The position numbers and the translations under genes were made by a program. Positions 38,889-47,802 of a stretch of 64,000 bases of DNA are shown here, piece after piece. How positions within the stretch are numbered: the stretch's first letter is position 1; each line of letters starts with the position of its first letter. Below the pieces are notes generated by a model. It was not told where the DNA came from. It did no database searches and worked only from the letters and a program-made list of their open reading frames with translations. Origin of the DNA: an uncultured Actinomycetes bacterium (GTDB lineage Bacteria; Actinomycetota; Thermoleophilia; Solirubrobacterales; 70-9); the NCBI GenBank assembly GCA_963798705.1, contig CAWCTW010000003.1, forward strand, positions 214,847 through 278,846, written 5' to 3'.

Positions 38889-39344
38889 ATGGACAGGATT
38901 GACGCGCAAATCGTTGCGCTCTTGCGAGACAACGCCCGGCGCTCGTTCCAGGACATCGGCAAGCGGGTCTCCCTGTCGGCGCCCGCCGTGAAGCGACGGG
39001 TCGACCGGCTCGAGAGCGAAGGCGTCATCCGCGGGTACGCCGCAACCGTCGACCCGGCCGCCTTCGGGTGGCATGCCCACGCCTTCGTCGAGCTGTTCTG
39101 CGAGGGCCGGATGTCGGGAGCGGAGGTGCGCGACGCGGTCGCCACCCACCCCGAGGTCGAGGGCGCCTACACGATCGCGGGCGCCCCGAGCGCGATCATC
39201 CACGTCCGCGCCGCCGACACCCGGCATCTGGAGGAGGCTCTCGAGCGGATTCGCGAGACCCCCGGGGTGACGCGCACCCAGACCCAGGTTGTCCTCTCCA
39301 CGCTGTTCGAGCGGCCGGTGGCCAACGGAAAGGGCCCGGTGTGA
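38889..39344 (+). CDS. Lrp/AsnC family transcriptional regulator
   Basis: DRIDAQIVALLRDNARRSFQDIGKRVSLSAPAVKRRVDRLE and a RAM/ACT-like C-terminal domain. It is divergent from hppD. Confidence 0.9.
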   Translation: MDRIDAQIVALLRDNARRSFQDIGKRVSLSAPAVKRRVDRLESEGVIRGYAATVDPAAFGWHAHAFVELFCEGRMSGAEVRDAVATHPEVEGAYTIAGAPSAIIHVRAADTRHLEEALERIRETPGVTRTQTQVVLSTLFERPVANGKGPV

Positions 39345-40765
39345 TCGACCACGTCAACAACCTGAAGCTCCAGCATCTCGTCGAGCTCTCCAAGCTCGGC
39401 GACCGCTGCCTCGACATCGAGTCCGAGATCGCGGCGTGGCTCGACAGCCATGATGTTGTCTTCGACGGGCACACGATCCCGTTCGTGCTCATGCCCCACT
39501 TCGTCTCGCCACGCCAGGTCGGCCGTGTGCGGCGCGCAGTCGAATGCCTGTCCCGGGTACTCAACCGCTTCTGCGACGCCTACCCGGACGATGCGCGGCT
39601 GCGTGACGAGCTCGCCCTGCCGTCGACGGAGGACGCTCTCGTTCGTATCGATCCCGGATTCACGCGCCCCATGAGAATCTGCCGGCTCGACGCCTTCCTC
39701 TCCGGCTACGACGTCAAGTTCCTCGAGTTCAACGCCGATTCACCGGCAGGCATCGGCTACACGGACGTGCTGCACGACGGTCTCCGGCGCTTCATCCGGT
39801 TGCCGCGCGTCGAGGCGGAGTTCGAGCGGGCCTACTCGCCAATGCTCCCGCTCCTGGTCGAGACCCTGTTGGATGCCTACGCCGAGCGTCGATCGAGTCG
39901 CCCGGAGCTCCCCGAGCGACCGCAAATGGCCCTCGTGGACAAGCCGGCCAGCCCCTCGGTGCCCGAGTTCCGGATCGTCTGTCAGGCGGCGCGCGCGGCG
40001 GGAATCGAAGCCGCGATCGGCACCACCGACGAGCTCGACTACAACGGGTCGGTGCTGCGCGTCCGGGGCGAGCCCGCTCACCTCGTCTACCGGCGAGTGC
40101 TCGTGGACGACCTGCGCGAGGGCGACCTCACCGCGGCGGCGCGCGACGGCAGCATCTGCCTGGTGAACCCGCCGCGCGCCCGCGTGGCGAACAACAAAAA
40201 GCTCTTCGCGCTGCTGGACGATCCGCGCTTCGCCCACCTCGTCCGACAGGACGAGGCCGAGGTGATCGCCGAGACGATCCCCTGGACCCGGATCCTGCGT
40301 CCGGGAAGAGTGACGTACGGACAATGGGTGGTGGACCTGCTCGCCTTCGTCTCCGACAACCGCCAACGGCTCGTGCTGAAGCCCGCGTCGGAGTACGGGG
40401 GCCACGGCGTGTCGCTCGGGATCGAGACGGATCAGAACGAATGGGACCGCATCATCGCGGCGCACTCGGAATGCGGCGATTACGTCGTCCAGGAGTACGT
40501 CCCGGTGCCCGAGGAGATGTTCCCGACGGTCGAGGACGGCCACGTACAGATGAGGCTCAAGCGCTTCAACATCAACCCGTTCGGGATCGGCGGCCGCTAC
40601 GGGGGGATGATCACCCGGATCTCGGACCGGGCGGTCATCAACGTGTCGGCGGGCGGCGGCCTGCTTCCCAGCGTCGTCGGCCGGCACAAGCGGCGCCTGC
40701 TTGCGGAGGAGGGGGAATCGGACCACGAGGTCACCGAGGAGGTGTCGGATGGCGCTGCCGCGTGA
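39341..40765 (+). CDS. circularly permuted ATP-grasp family protein (putative amide ligase), function unknown
   Basis: The GTG overlaps the lrp stop (GTGA). The E-x-N motif is N-terminal (FLEFNADSPAG), whereas LVLKPASEYGGHGV and YVVQEYVPV are C-terminal. Confidence 0.7.
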   Translation: MIDHVNNLKLQHLVELSKLGDRCLDIESEIAAWLDSHDVVFDGHTIPFVLMPHFVSPRQVGRVRRAVECLSRVLNRFCDAYPDDARLRDELALPSTEDALVRIDPGFTRPMRICRLDAFLSGYDVKFLEFNADSPAGIGYTDVLHDGLRRFIRLPRVEAEFERAYSPMLPLLVETLLDAYAERRSSRPELPERPQMALVDKPASPSVPEFRIVCQAARAAGIEAAIGTTDELDYNGSVLRVRGEPAHLVYRRVLVDDLREGDLTAAARDGSICLVNPPRARVANNKKLFALLDDPRFAHLVRQDEAEVIAETIPWTRILRPGRVTYGQWVVDLLAFVSDNRQRLVLKPASEYGGHGVSLGIETDQNEWDRIIAAHSECGDYVVQEYVPVPEEMFPTVEDGHVQMRLKRFNINPFGIGGRYGGMITRISDRAVINVSAGGGLLPSVVGRHKRRLLAEEGESDHEVTEEVSDGAAA

Positions 40766-41948
40766 CCCGCTGCCTCGGGGCTACGACGTGGACGAGAACG
40801 CGATCCGGTTCTCGAACTATTTCCACGTTCTGCGCGAGCTGGTGCATCGGTCCGCCGGATGGCTGCCGCTGGTGCCCGAGTTCGAGCTCAAGTACCGGCT
40901 CGGCGATCACCTCCACGACGACGCCCGCGCGCTCTCGCGGGTGAGGCGGCGCCTGTACGAGCTGCGCCATCCGAGCGACTATCCCGGCGCGCCTGGAGGT
41001 GAGCTTGGCGCTCTTCTCGACCGGCTGGCGGACGCCGGTGAGGCCGACGAGTATCTGGCGGTCGCGTACCGAGAGGCGAAGCCGGCGCTGGTGCGGGCGA
41101 TGAGGGTCCACCTCGACACGCTCGATCCGGTCTCCGACGAGCCGTCGCTTCGGCTGTTGAGCAAGGTCGTCGAAAGGCAGGAACGGCATTCGCGCGAGCT
41201 GGGGCCCTTGGGGGCGGGCGGGGACCCGCGCCCCGATGGCGTCGAGGATCTCGGCTCCCGGCCGATCGAGCTGAAGGCGGAGCCGCGTGGGCTGAGCGTC
41301 ACGGGGCCGCTCGACGAGCCCGCGCGCGACCCCTTCGTCGAGGTGACGCCGGAGGGGGACCCCTTCCTGTCGCGCGAGCTCTACGTCAACGATCCCGAGC
41401 TGAATCACGTCCCCGTGGAGCCGGAGGAGCAGCGCCACTTCTTCCACGGGCTGATGGACGCCGAGCTGTGCGCCGCGGAGCTGATGGCGCGGAACTCCCA
41501 CGAGCACCCGGAGATGCCCTGGGACTTCCACGTCGACATGGCCCGCCAGACCTGGGACGAGGTTCGGCACGCGCGGCTTCACTACGTCTTGATGCCCACC
41601 GAGCTCGGCTGCGAATGGGGCGACTTCCCGGTGGGCTTCGAGTACTTCAAGTCCGTCTACGCCCGTGACCTGCTCGGGCGGCTCGCGCTGTTCAACTCGA
41701 CCAGCGAGCAGAAAGCGATGTGGCGCCATTCCCGGCGCCGCAAGGTGCTGGTGGAGCGGGGCCAGGAGAAGGTCGCCCGCGTCTTCGACTATCTGCTCGC
41801 CGACGAGGTTCCCCACGTCCACAACGGGACCCGGTGGGGAGCCTATCTTTGCGGGGGCGACGAGGCGGCCTATCGAGCCAGGGTCCGCGAGCTCCGCCAG
41901 GAGCTGGACGACACCGGCTCGCCGACCGAGGCGCCGCGGGCTGCGTGA
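40749..41948 (+). CDS. ferritin-like di-iron protein with DUF455-type C-terminal half and extra N-terminal region, function unknown
   Basis: The ATG lies 17 nt before the upstream stop. Motifs are DAELCAAEL, WDEVRHA, WGDFPV, STSEQ and LLADEVPHVHNGTRW. Confidence 0.7.
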   Translation: MALPRDPLPRGYDVDENAIRFSNYFHVLRELVHRSAGWLPLVPEFELKYRLGDHLHDDARALSRVRRRLYELRHPSDYPGAPGGELGALLDRLADAGEADEYLAVAYREAKPALVRAMRVHLDTLDPVSDEPSLRLLSKVVERQERHSRELGPLGAGGDPRPDGVEDLGSRPIELKAEPRGLSVTGPLDEPARDPFVEVTPEGDPFLSRELYVNDPELNHVPVEPEEQRHFFHGLMDAELCAAELMARNSHEHPEMPWDFHVDMARQTWDEVRHARLHYVLMPTELGCEWGDFPVGFEYFKSVYARDLLGRLALFNSTSEQKAMWRHSRRRKVLVERGQEKVARVFDYLLADEVPHVHNGTRWGAYLCGGDEAAYRARVRELRQELDDTGSPTEAPRAA

Positions 41949-41951
41949 GCC

Positions 41952-42794
41952 TCAGGCGGTGACGGGAGTCTCGAGGGTGCCGAGACCCGTTGCGCCGAGC
42001 GAGACGACGTCGCCGGCCTCGATCCAGCGCCCCCCGCGGCCATCGCCGAAGTCCTGCGGGCCCAGCTCCAGCAGGCAGCCGCCCGCGAGCGTCCCCGAGC
42101 CCAGCACGTCCCCGGCGCGAAGCCGCGTTCCGCGGGCCGCGTGGGCTACGAGCTCGGGCCATGAGAAGTGCTGCTCCGCCGCGCTGCTGCGGCAGACCTC
42201 GCGCCCGTTCACCCTCACCGTGGCCTCGAGGAGGAGGCGACCGTCGTCGTAGCGCAGCTCGTCCGGTGTCGTGAGCCACGGGCCGAGGCTCGTCGCGAAG
42301 TCCTTCGCCTTGTGCGGTCCGAGTCCGACCGTGACCTCGCTCGCCTGGATGTCACGGGCCGACCAATCGTTCATGAGGGTGAATCCGGCAATGCCTTCAC
42401 CGCCGTCGAGGATTGCCGCGATCTCGAGCTCGAAGTCGAGCGTCGCGCTCGCCTCCGGGGCCGAAACCGCTTCGCCGGGCCCGCGGATCGAGGCGGGGTT
42501 GGAGAAATAGAACGCGGGCGCCTCGTACCAGTAGGCCGGGATGGCGGCGTCACGCCGTCGCCACCCGGCGGCGACGTGGCGCTCGAAGGCGTAGAAGTCC
42601 CGCACGCTCGGCGGCTCGGGGACCGGGGCGAGGAGGACGACGTCGGCCAGTGGGTACTCCTCCCCGGTCTGCCGGCGGCCCGCGCCGCCGAGCCATGCGA
42701 GCATCGAGGCGGACTCGAGGACGCGGACGGTCTCACCCTCGACCTGCGCCACGCGCACCCCGCCGGCCGGATCGCGGAAGGTTGCGATGCGCAT
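41952..42794 (-). CDS. fumarylacetoacetate hydrolase (FAH) family protein
   Basis: The ATG at 42794 gives MRIATF... Motifs are FELEIAAI, NDWSARDIQ and GDVLGSGT. The upstream part of the 351-aa ORF is not protein-like. Confidence 0.8.
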   Translation of the reverse strand: MRIATFRDPAGGVRVAQVEGETVRVLESASMLAWLGGAGRRQTGEEYPLADVVLLAPVPEPPSVRDFYAFERHVAAGWRRRDAAIPAYWYEAPAFYFSNPASIRGPGEAVSAPEASATLDFELEIAAILDGGEGIAGFTLMNDWSARDIQASEVTVGLGPHKAKDFATSLGPWLTTPDELRYDDGRLLLEATVRVNGREVCRSSAAEQHFSWPELVAHAARGTRLRAGDVLGSGTLAGGCLLELGPQDFGDGRGGRWIEAGDVVSLGATGLGTLETPVTA

Positions 42795-42861
42795 GGAGGG
42801 CAGGTTCCCACAGGCCGGCGGCGGGACTGGTGATCTAGCCTGCGCACCGAGAATGCGCGCC

Positions 42862-44394
42862 ATGAGCCAGGCCACGACGCTCGACGGGCTGCGCGAGCGC
42901 TTGAGCGAGATCAGCGATCTCGGGCGCGCTCGCGCGCTGCTCGCCTGGGACGAGCGGACCCACATGCCACCGGCCGGCGTCGAGACCCGGGCGGAGCAGG
43001 TGGCCACGCTGGCGCGGATCCGCCATGAGCTGCTGGTCTCGGACGAGCTGGGGCGGCTTCTGGACGCGGCCGCCGAGGAGACGGGTTCGCTGCCATATGA
43101 GTCGGACGAGGCCAGCCTCGTCCGCGTCGCGCGGCGTGGGTGGGAGAAGGCGCGCCGGGTGCCGGCGGAGCTGCGCGCCGAGATGACGCGGGTCTCCTCA
43201 CTCGCCGAGCACGCGTGGGAGGAGGCTCGCGCCCAGGCGGACTTCGCGGCCTTTCTGCCCCATCTCCGGCAGAACGTCGAGCTGCGGCGCCGCTACGCGA
43301 GCTGCTTCGAGGGGTTCGAGGGGTTCGAGCACGAGTTCGATCCGCTTCTCGACGACTTCGAGCCCGGCATGACGACACCCGAGGTGGAGCGGATCCTCGG
43401 CGAGCTTCGCGACGGGATCAGGCCGCTGGTCGCGGCGATCGCCGACAGCGGCCGCAACGTGGACGACTCCTGCCTGCACGGAGATTTTTCCCCGGACGCG
43501 CAGAAGGGGCTGGCGCGCGAGCTGATTGCGGCGCTCCCCTTGCAGGAAGGTGCCTGGCGGCTGGATACGACAGTCCATCCGTTCGCGGTCGCGATCAGCC
43601 CCGCGGACCTGCGCATCACCACCCGCTTCGACCCGGCTTACGTGGGCACGGCGCTCTGGTCGGTGCTCCACGAGGCCGGCCACGCGATGTACGAGAACGG
43701 GGTCCCGCGCGCCCTTTGGCGCTCGCCGCTGGCGAGCCCGTCGTCGCTCGGCTTTCACGAGTCCCAGAGCCGGCTGTGGGAGAACTGGGTGGGTCGGAGC
43801 CGACCCTACCTGGAGCACCTGCTGCCGAGGCTCCGGGAGCGGTTTCCCGCCCGGCTCGGCGAGGTCGACGTGGAGTCCCTCTACCGCGCCGCCAACCGCG
43901 TCGAGCCCTCCCTGATCCGGGTCGAGGCCGACCAGGTGACCTACAACCTGCACATCATCCTCCGCTTCGAGTTGGAGCTCGAGATCTTCGACGGGCGGAT
44001 CGAGCTCGAGGACCTGCCGGAGGCCTGGAACGCGCGCATGGCCGACTACCTGGGGGTGACCGTGCCGGACGACGGCGTGGGCGTCCTGCAGGACGTCCAC
44101 TGGGCCGGGGGCAACTTCGGCTACTTCCCGACCTATGCGCTGGGCAACGTGATCGCGGGCCAGCTGTGGGACCGGATCGCGTTGGACCTGCCCGGGGTGG
44201 AGGAGCAGATCGGGCGCTGGGAATTCGCGCCGCTGCGCGACTGGCTACGGGAGCACCTCCATCGCCATGGCAACAAGCTCATGCCCAAGGAGCTGATGGG
44301 GCTGGTCGTCGGGGGCCCGATCGACGTGGGCCCGTACCTGCGGCAGCTGCGCGAGCGCGCCGCCGAGATCTACGGTGCGGTGGGGCCCGGGTGA
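42862..44394 (+). CDS. carboxypeptidase Taq-like metallopeptidase (M32)
   Basis: HEAGHAMYE (HExxH), DTTVHPFAV, GVLQDVHWAGG. Confidence 0.88.
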   Translation: MSQATTLDGLRERLSEISDLGRARALLAWDERTHMPPAGVETRAEQVATLARIRHELLVSDELGRLLDAAAEETGSLPYESDEASLVRVARRGWEKARRVPAELRAEMTRVSSLAEHAWEEARAQADFAAFLPHLRQNVELRRRYASCFEGFEGFEHEFDPLLDDFEPGMTTPEVERILGELRDGIRPLVAAIADSGRNVDDSCLHGDFSPDAQKGLARELIAALPLQEGAWRLDTTVHPFAVAISPADLRITTRFDPAYVGTALWSVLHEAGHAMYENGVPRALWRSPLASPSSLGFHESQSRLWENWVGRSRPYLEHLLPRLRERFPARLGEVDVESLYRAANRVEPSLIRVEADQVTYNLHIILRFELELEIFDGRIELEDLPEAWNARMADYLGVTVPDDGVGVLQDVHWAGGNFGYFPTYALGNVIAGQLWDRIALDLPGVEEQIGRWEFAPLRDWLREHLHRHGNKLMPKELMGLVVGGPIDVGPYLRQLRERAAEIYGAVGPG

Positions 44395-44565
44395 GATACG
44401 AGGGGCAAGTTCCCCCGGGGCCCGCAAGCGGCGACGCCGGGTGAGCCATCGGCCCGGCCTGGTGAAACCGGGGGGCGCCATGGCGTCGGACGGGGTACCT
44501 AGTCTCAGAGCCATCGATAACGGCACCAGCCAGCTTCGGGGCTAAAGCCCCCTCACTAACAGACC

Positions 44566-45966
44566 ATGGCCACCCGGGACTCCCATTTCGTTTGCCAGGA
44601 CTGCGGGCACTCCGCGCTCGCCTGGACGGGCCGCTGTCCCGGTTGCGGCGAGTGGAACACCCTGGTCGAGGCCAAGCGCCCCGGCGCCGCGGCGGGTCGC
44701 CGGGGCGGCGGCGGGCGGGCATCGGGCGGACCGGCTCCCCGGCCGGTCCCGCTCCGCGAGGTGGAGGCGCCCGCGGCGGATCGGCTGCTGGCCGGCATCG
44801 CCGAGCTCGACCGCGTGCTGGGCGGTGGGCTCGTGCCGGGTTCGGTGGTCCTGCTCGGCGGCTCACCGGGCATCGGCAAGTCCACGCTGACGGGAATGGC
44901 GCTCGGCAACCTCGCCGCCCGCGGCGGTAAGACCCTCTACGTATCCGGCGAGGAGTCCGCTGCTCAGGTCCGGCTGCGGGCCGAGCGGCTGGGGGACGAT
45001 TCCCTCTCGGTTCCCGTGCTCGCCGAGACGGCCGTCCCGTCGATCCTCGCCGCCCTCGAGGCCGAGCGCCCGGACGTCTGCGTGATCGACTCCGTACAGA
45101 CGCTTCAGTCGGAGGGGATGACGGGGGCGCCGGGGTCGGTCGGCCAGGTGCGGGAGGCGGCGTCGGCGATCACCGAGGTCGGAAAGCGAGTGGGGACCGC
45201 GGTGGTGCTCGTCGGGCACGTGACCAAGGACGGAAGCGTCGCCGGCCCGCGCGTCTTGGAGCACCTCGTGGACTGCGTGCTGCTATTCGAGGGGGAGCGC
45301 GAGCGAAGCTTCCGCACGCTGAGGGCGCTGAAGAACCGATTCGGGGCGACCAGCGAGGTCGGGGTCTTCGAGATGCGGTCGGGTGGACTCGTCGAGGTGG
45401 CGGATCCGTCGGCGCGCTTCGTCGGCGAGGCCTCGGACGCACCGGGGTCGTGCGTCCTGTGCGCGATGGAGGGCACGCGTCCGCTTCTCGTCGAGGTCCA
45501 GGCGCTCGTGGCTCCGACGGAGATCGTGCCGCCGCGACGCGTGGCCACCGGGATCGACCGCAATCGCCTGGCGATGGTGATCGCCGTCCTCGCCCGGCAC
45601 GGCGGCCCCTCGCTTGCGGCGGCGGACGTCTTCGTCAACGTGGCCGGCGGGGTCCGGGTCGACGAGCCCGGCGCCGACCTTGCCGTCGCCATGGCGCTGG
45701 CGTCGGCCCACCGCGGCCAGACGCTGGCCGGCGCGGACGGCCGGCCGCTGGCCTGCTTCGGCGAGGTCGGGCTGACGGGCGAGCTTCGCTTCGTCGCCCA
45801 CCCGGAGCGACGCGTGGCCGAGGCACTCAAGTTCGGGCTCGGCCCGGTGGTCGGGCCGGAGGCCGGGGAGCGCCTCGACGGCCTCGCGGCGCACCGCACG
45901 TTGAGGTCCGCGCTGGGGGTCAGGACGGCCTCCACCGGGCGCGGCGCGCGCGCGAAGGCGGCCTGA
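44566..45966 (+). CDS. radA: DNA repair protein RadA
   Basis: Zinc finger CQDCGHSALAWTGRCPGCGEWNT, Walker A GGSPGIGKSTL, KNRFG motif and a Lon-like C-terminal domain. Confidence 0.96.
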   Translation: MATRDSHFVCQDCGHSALAWTGRCPGCGEWNTLVEAKRPGAAAGRRGGGGRASGGPAPRPVPLREVEAPAADRLLAGIAELDRVLGGGLVPGSVVLLGGSPGIGKSTLTGMALGNLAARGGKTLYVSGEESAAQVRLRAERLGDDSLSVPVLAETAVPSILAALEAERPDVCVIDSVQTLQSEGMTGAPGSVGQVREAASAITEVGKRVGTAVVLVGHVTKDGSVAGPRVLEHLVDCVLLFEGERERSFRTLRALKNRFGATSEVGVFEMRSGGLVEVADPSARFVGEASDAPGSCVLCAMEGTRPLLVEVQALVAPTEIVPPRRVATGIDRNRLAMVIAVLARHGGPSLAAADVFVNVAGGVRVDEPGADLAVAMALASAHRGQTLAGADGRPLACFGEVGLTGELRFVAHPERRVAEALKFGLGPVVGPEAGERLDGLAAHRTLRSALGVRTASTGRGARAKAA

Positions 45967-46074
45967 ACGCCCGCCGGGCCGCCAACCGTCGCTTGACAAG
46001 CGGCAATCCGACCTGTCCACACGGAATTCGGCTGCCCGCGCGTTTTTAGGGCTATTTGTCATCATGGATCGACG

Positions 46075-47181
46075 ATGGCGTGGCATGTCGGTGACGAGCT
46101 ACACGAACTCGAGGCTCGTCTCGACCCTCGACTGCTGCAGTCGCTCGACATGGTCGCCCCCGGCACCCCGCTGCGCGAGGGCATCGACAACATCATCCAC
46201 GCTCGCACGGGCGGGCTGATCCTCATCGCCGAGCCGGAGGAGGTTTCGTTCCTCTTCAGTGGCGGAATCAGGCTCGACATCGACTACACGCCCGCCCTGC
46301 TCTACCAGGTGGCGAAGATGGACGGGGCCATCGTCCTCGATCCGCGAGCCACCAAGATCCACTGGGCGAACGTCCAGCTGATGCCGGATCCGACGATCCT
46401 CTCGATGGAGACCGGAACCCGGCACCGTACCGCCGAGCGCGTCTCCAAGCAGACCAAGGCGCTCGTGATCGCGATCTCGCAGCGGCGTGACGTGGTCTCG
46501 CTGTACGTGGAGGGGATGAAGTACATCCTGCAAGAGATCCCCCAGGTGCTGTCGAAGGCCAATCAGGGCCTTGCGACGCTCGAGAAGTACCGCGCCCGGC
46601 TCGACCAGGTCTCGGCGCGCCTGACCGGCCTCGAGCTCCTCGGGGGCTCCACGCTCCACGACGTGCTCTCGACCCTCCAGCGCGCCGAGCTGGTCTCGCG
46701 CATGGGAGCCGAGGTGGAGCGGTACATCATCGAGCTGGGGACCGAGGGCCGCCTGATCGAGATGCAGCTCGAGGAGACGGTCGTGGGCGTCATGGGCGAG
46801 CGGGTCGCTCTGGTCCGGGACTACAGCACGGCCGAGTCCGACGAGGGGGTGGACACCATCCTCCAGGAGCTCGCCACCCTCCCGCACCAGGAGCTGCTGG
46901 ACTTCGGCCGCCTCGCGGAGCTTCTGGGCTACGACCGCAAGACCAGCACGATCGACTTCACGGTCTCGCCCCGGGGCTACCGGGCGCTCTCCCGCATCCC
47001 GAGGCTGCCTCGCCTGGTCGTGCAGAAGGTCGTCCAACGCTTCGGCGATCTCGATGCGATCGTCAACGCGACCGAGGACGAGCTCGCCTCCGTCGACGGG
47101 GTGGGGCCGGCCCGGGCGCGGGAGGTACGGGAGGGGCTTCGCAGCTTGCAAGAGGTCGACATGGTCGACCGTTATCCATGA
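46075..47181 (+). CDS. disA: DNA integrity scanning protein DisA (diadenylate cyclase)
   Basis: DAC domain (ARTGGLILI, DGAIVLD, GTRHRTAERVSKQT) and a C-terminal HhH (VDGVGPARAREVREGL). The radA-disA order is conserved. Confidence 0.94.
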   Translation: MAWHVGDELHELEARLDPRLLQSLDMVAPGTPLREGIDNIIHARTGGLILIAEPEEVSFLFSGGIRLDIDYTPALLYQVAKMDGAIVLDPRATKIHWANVQLMPDPTILSMETGTRHRTAERVSKQTKALVIAISQRRDVVSLYVEGMKYILQEIPQVLSKANQGLATLEKYRARLDQVSARLTGLELLGGSTLHDVLSTLQRAELVSRMGAEVERYIIELGTEGRLIEMQLEETVVGVMGERVALVRDYSTAESDEGVDTILQELATLPHQELLDFGRLAELLGYDRKTSTIDFTVSPRGYRALSRIPRLPRLVVQKVVQRFGDLDAIVNATEDELASVDGVGPARAREVREGLRSLQEVDMVDRYP

Positions 47182-47226
47182 GGCAATCGGCCGATTCCCC
47201 GGCCATCCACATCTAAGGAGGACGAC

Positions 47227-47802
47227 ATTCCAGAGCTAGCTACTGCGGACGACGCAATCGACGTCGAGGACGAGCTCGGCCCCGTCGAGTGCACCTTTGG
47301 GGAGGGCGACAACGTCGTCTACCCGCACCACGGGGCCGGCGTGGTGATGAAGAAGGAGACCAAGGATCTCCTGGGTGAGAAGCGGGACTACCTGACCATC
47401 AAGATCCTGCACAACGACATGACCGTCATGGTGCCCTGCGAGAACGCCCACCAGGCGGGACTGCGACGGGTGATCGCGGGCGAAGAGGTAAACAAGGTGA
47501 TCAAGGTCCTGACCGGCGAGGTCTCCGACATGCCGAAGAACTGGAATCGCCGCTTCAAGCACAACCGCGAGAAGATCAAGACCGGCGATGTCTTCGAGCT
47601 CGCCGAGGTGGTCCGCAACCTCGCCATTCGCGAGTGGGAGAAGGGCCTCTCCACCGGGGAGAAGCAGATGTACACCCGGGCGAAGAAGATCCTTGCCTCC
47701 GAGTTCATGTACGCGCTCGGCAAGGACGAGGACGGAGCCGAGGCCTACCTCGACGATCTGCTGGAGGAGCGCTTCGGCGCCAAGGCGAAGGCGACTGCCT
47801 AG
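47227..47802 (+). CDS. carD: CarD family RNA polymerase-binding transcription regulator, proposed ATT start
   Basis: The conserved N-terminus FGEGDNVVYPHHGAG lies upstream of the first canonical start (GTG 47341). No ATG/GTG/TTG occurs in frame back to the disA stop. AAGGAGG (47215-47221) is 5 nt before ATT 47227. Confidence 0.75.
   Translation: MPELATADDAIDVEDELGPVECTFGEGDNVVYPHHGAGVVMKKETKDLLGEKRDYLTIKILHNDMTVMVPCENAHQAGLRRVIAGEEVNKVIKVLTGEVSDMPKNWNRRFKHNREKIKTGDVFELAEVVRNLAIREWEKGLSTGEKQMYTRAKKILASEFMYALGKDEDGAEAYLDDLLEERFGAKAKATA

Noticed and set aside
39068-39340. The upstream extension of the ATP-grasp ORF (565 aa).
   Set aside because: It is out-of-frame translation of the lrp gene. 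The GTG at 39341 overlaps the lrp stop and precedes protein-like sequence.
47588-47794. ATG 47588 as the ispD start.
   Set aside because: It would overlap carD by more than 200 nt and add about 75 residues of Arg/Ser/Pro-rich out-of-frame carD translation before the conserved IspD N-terminal motif.
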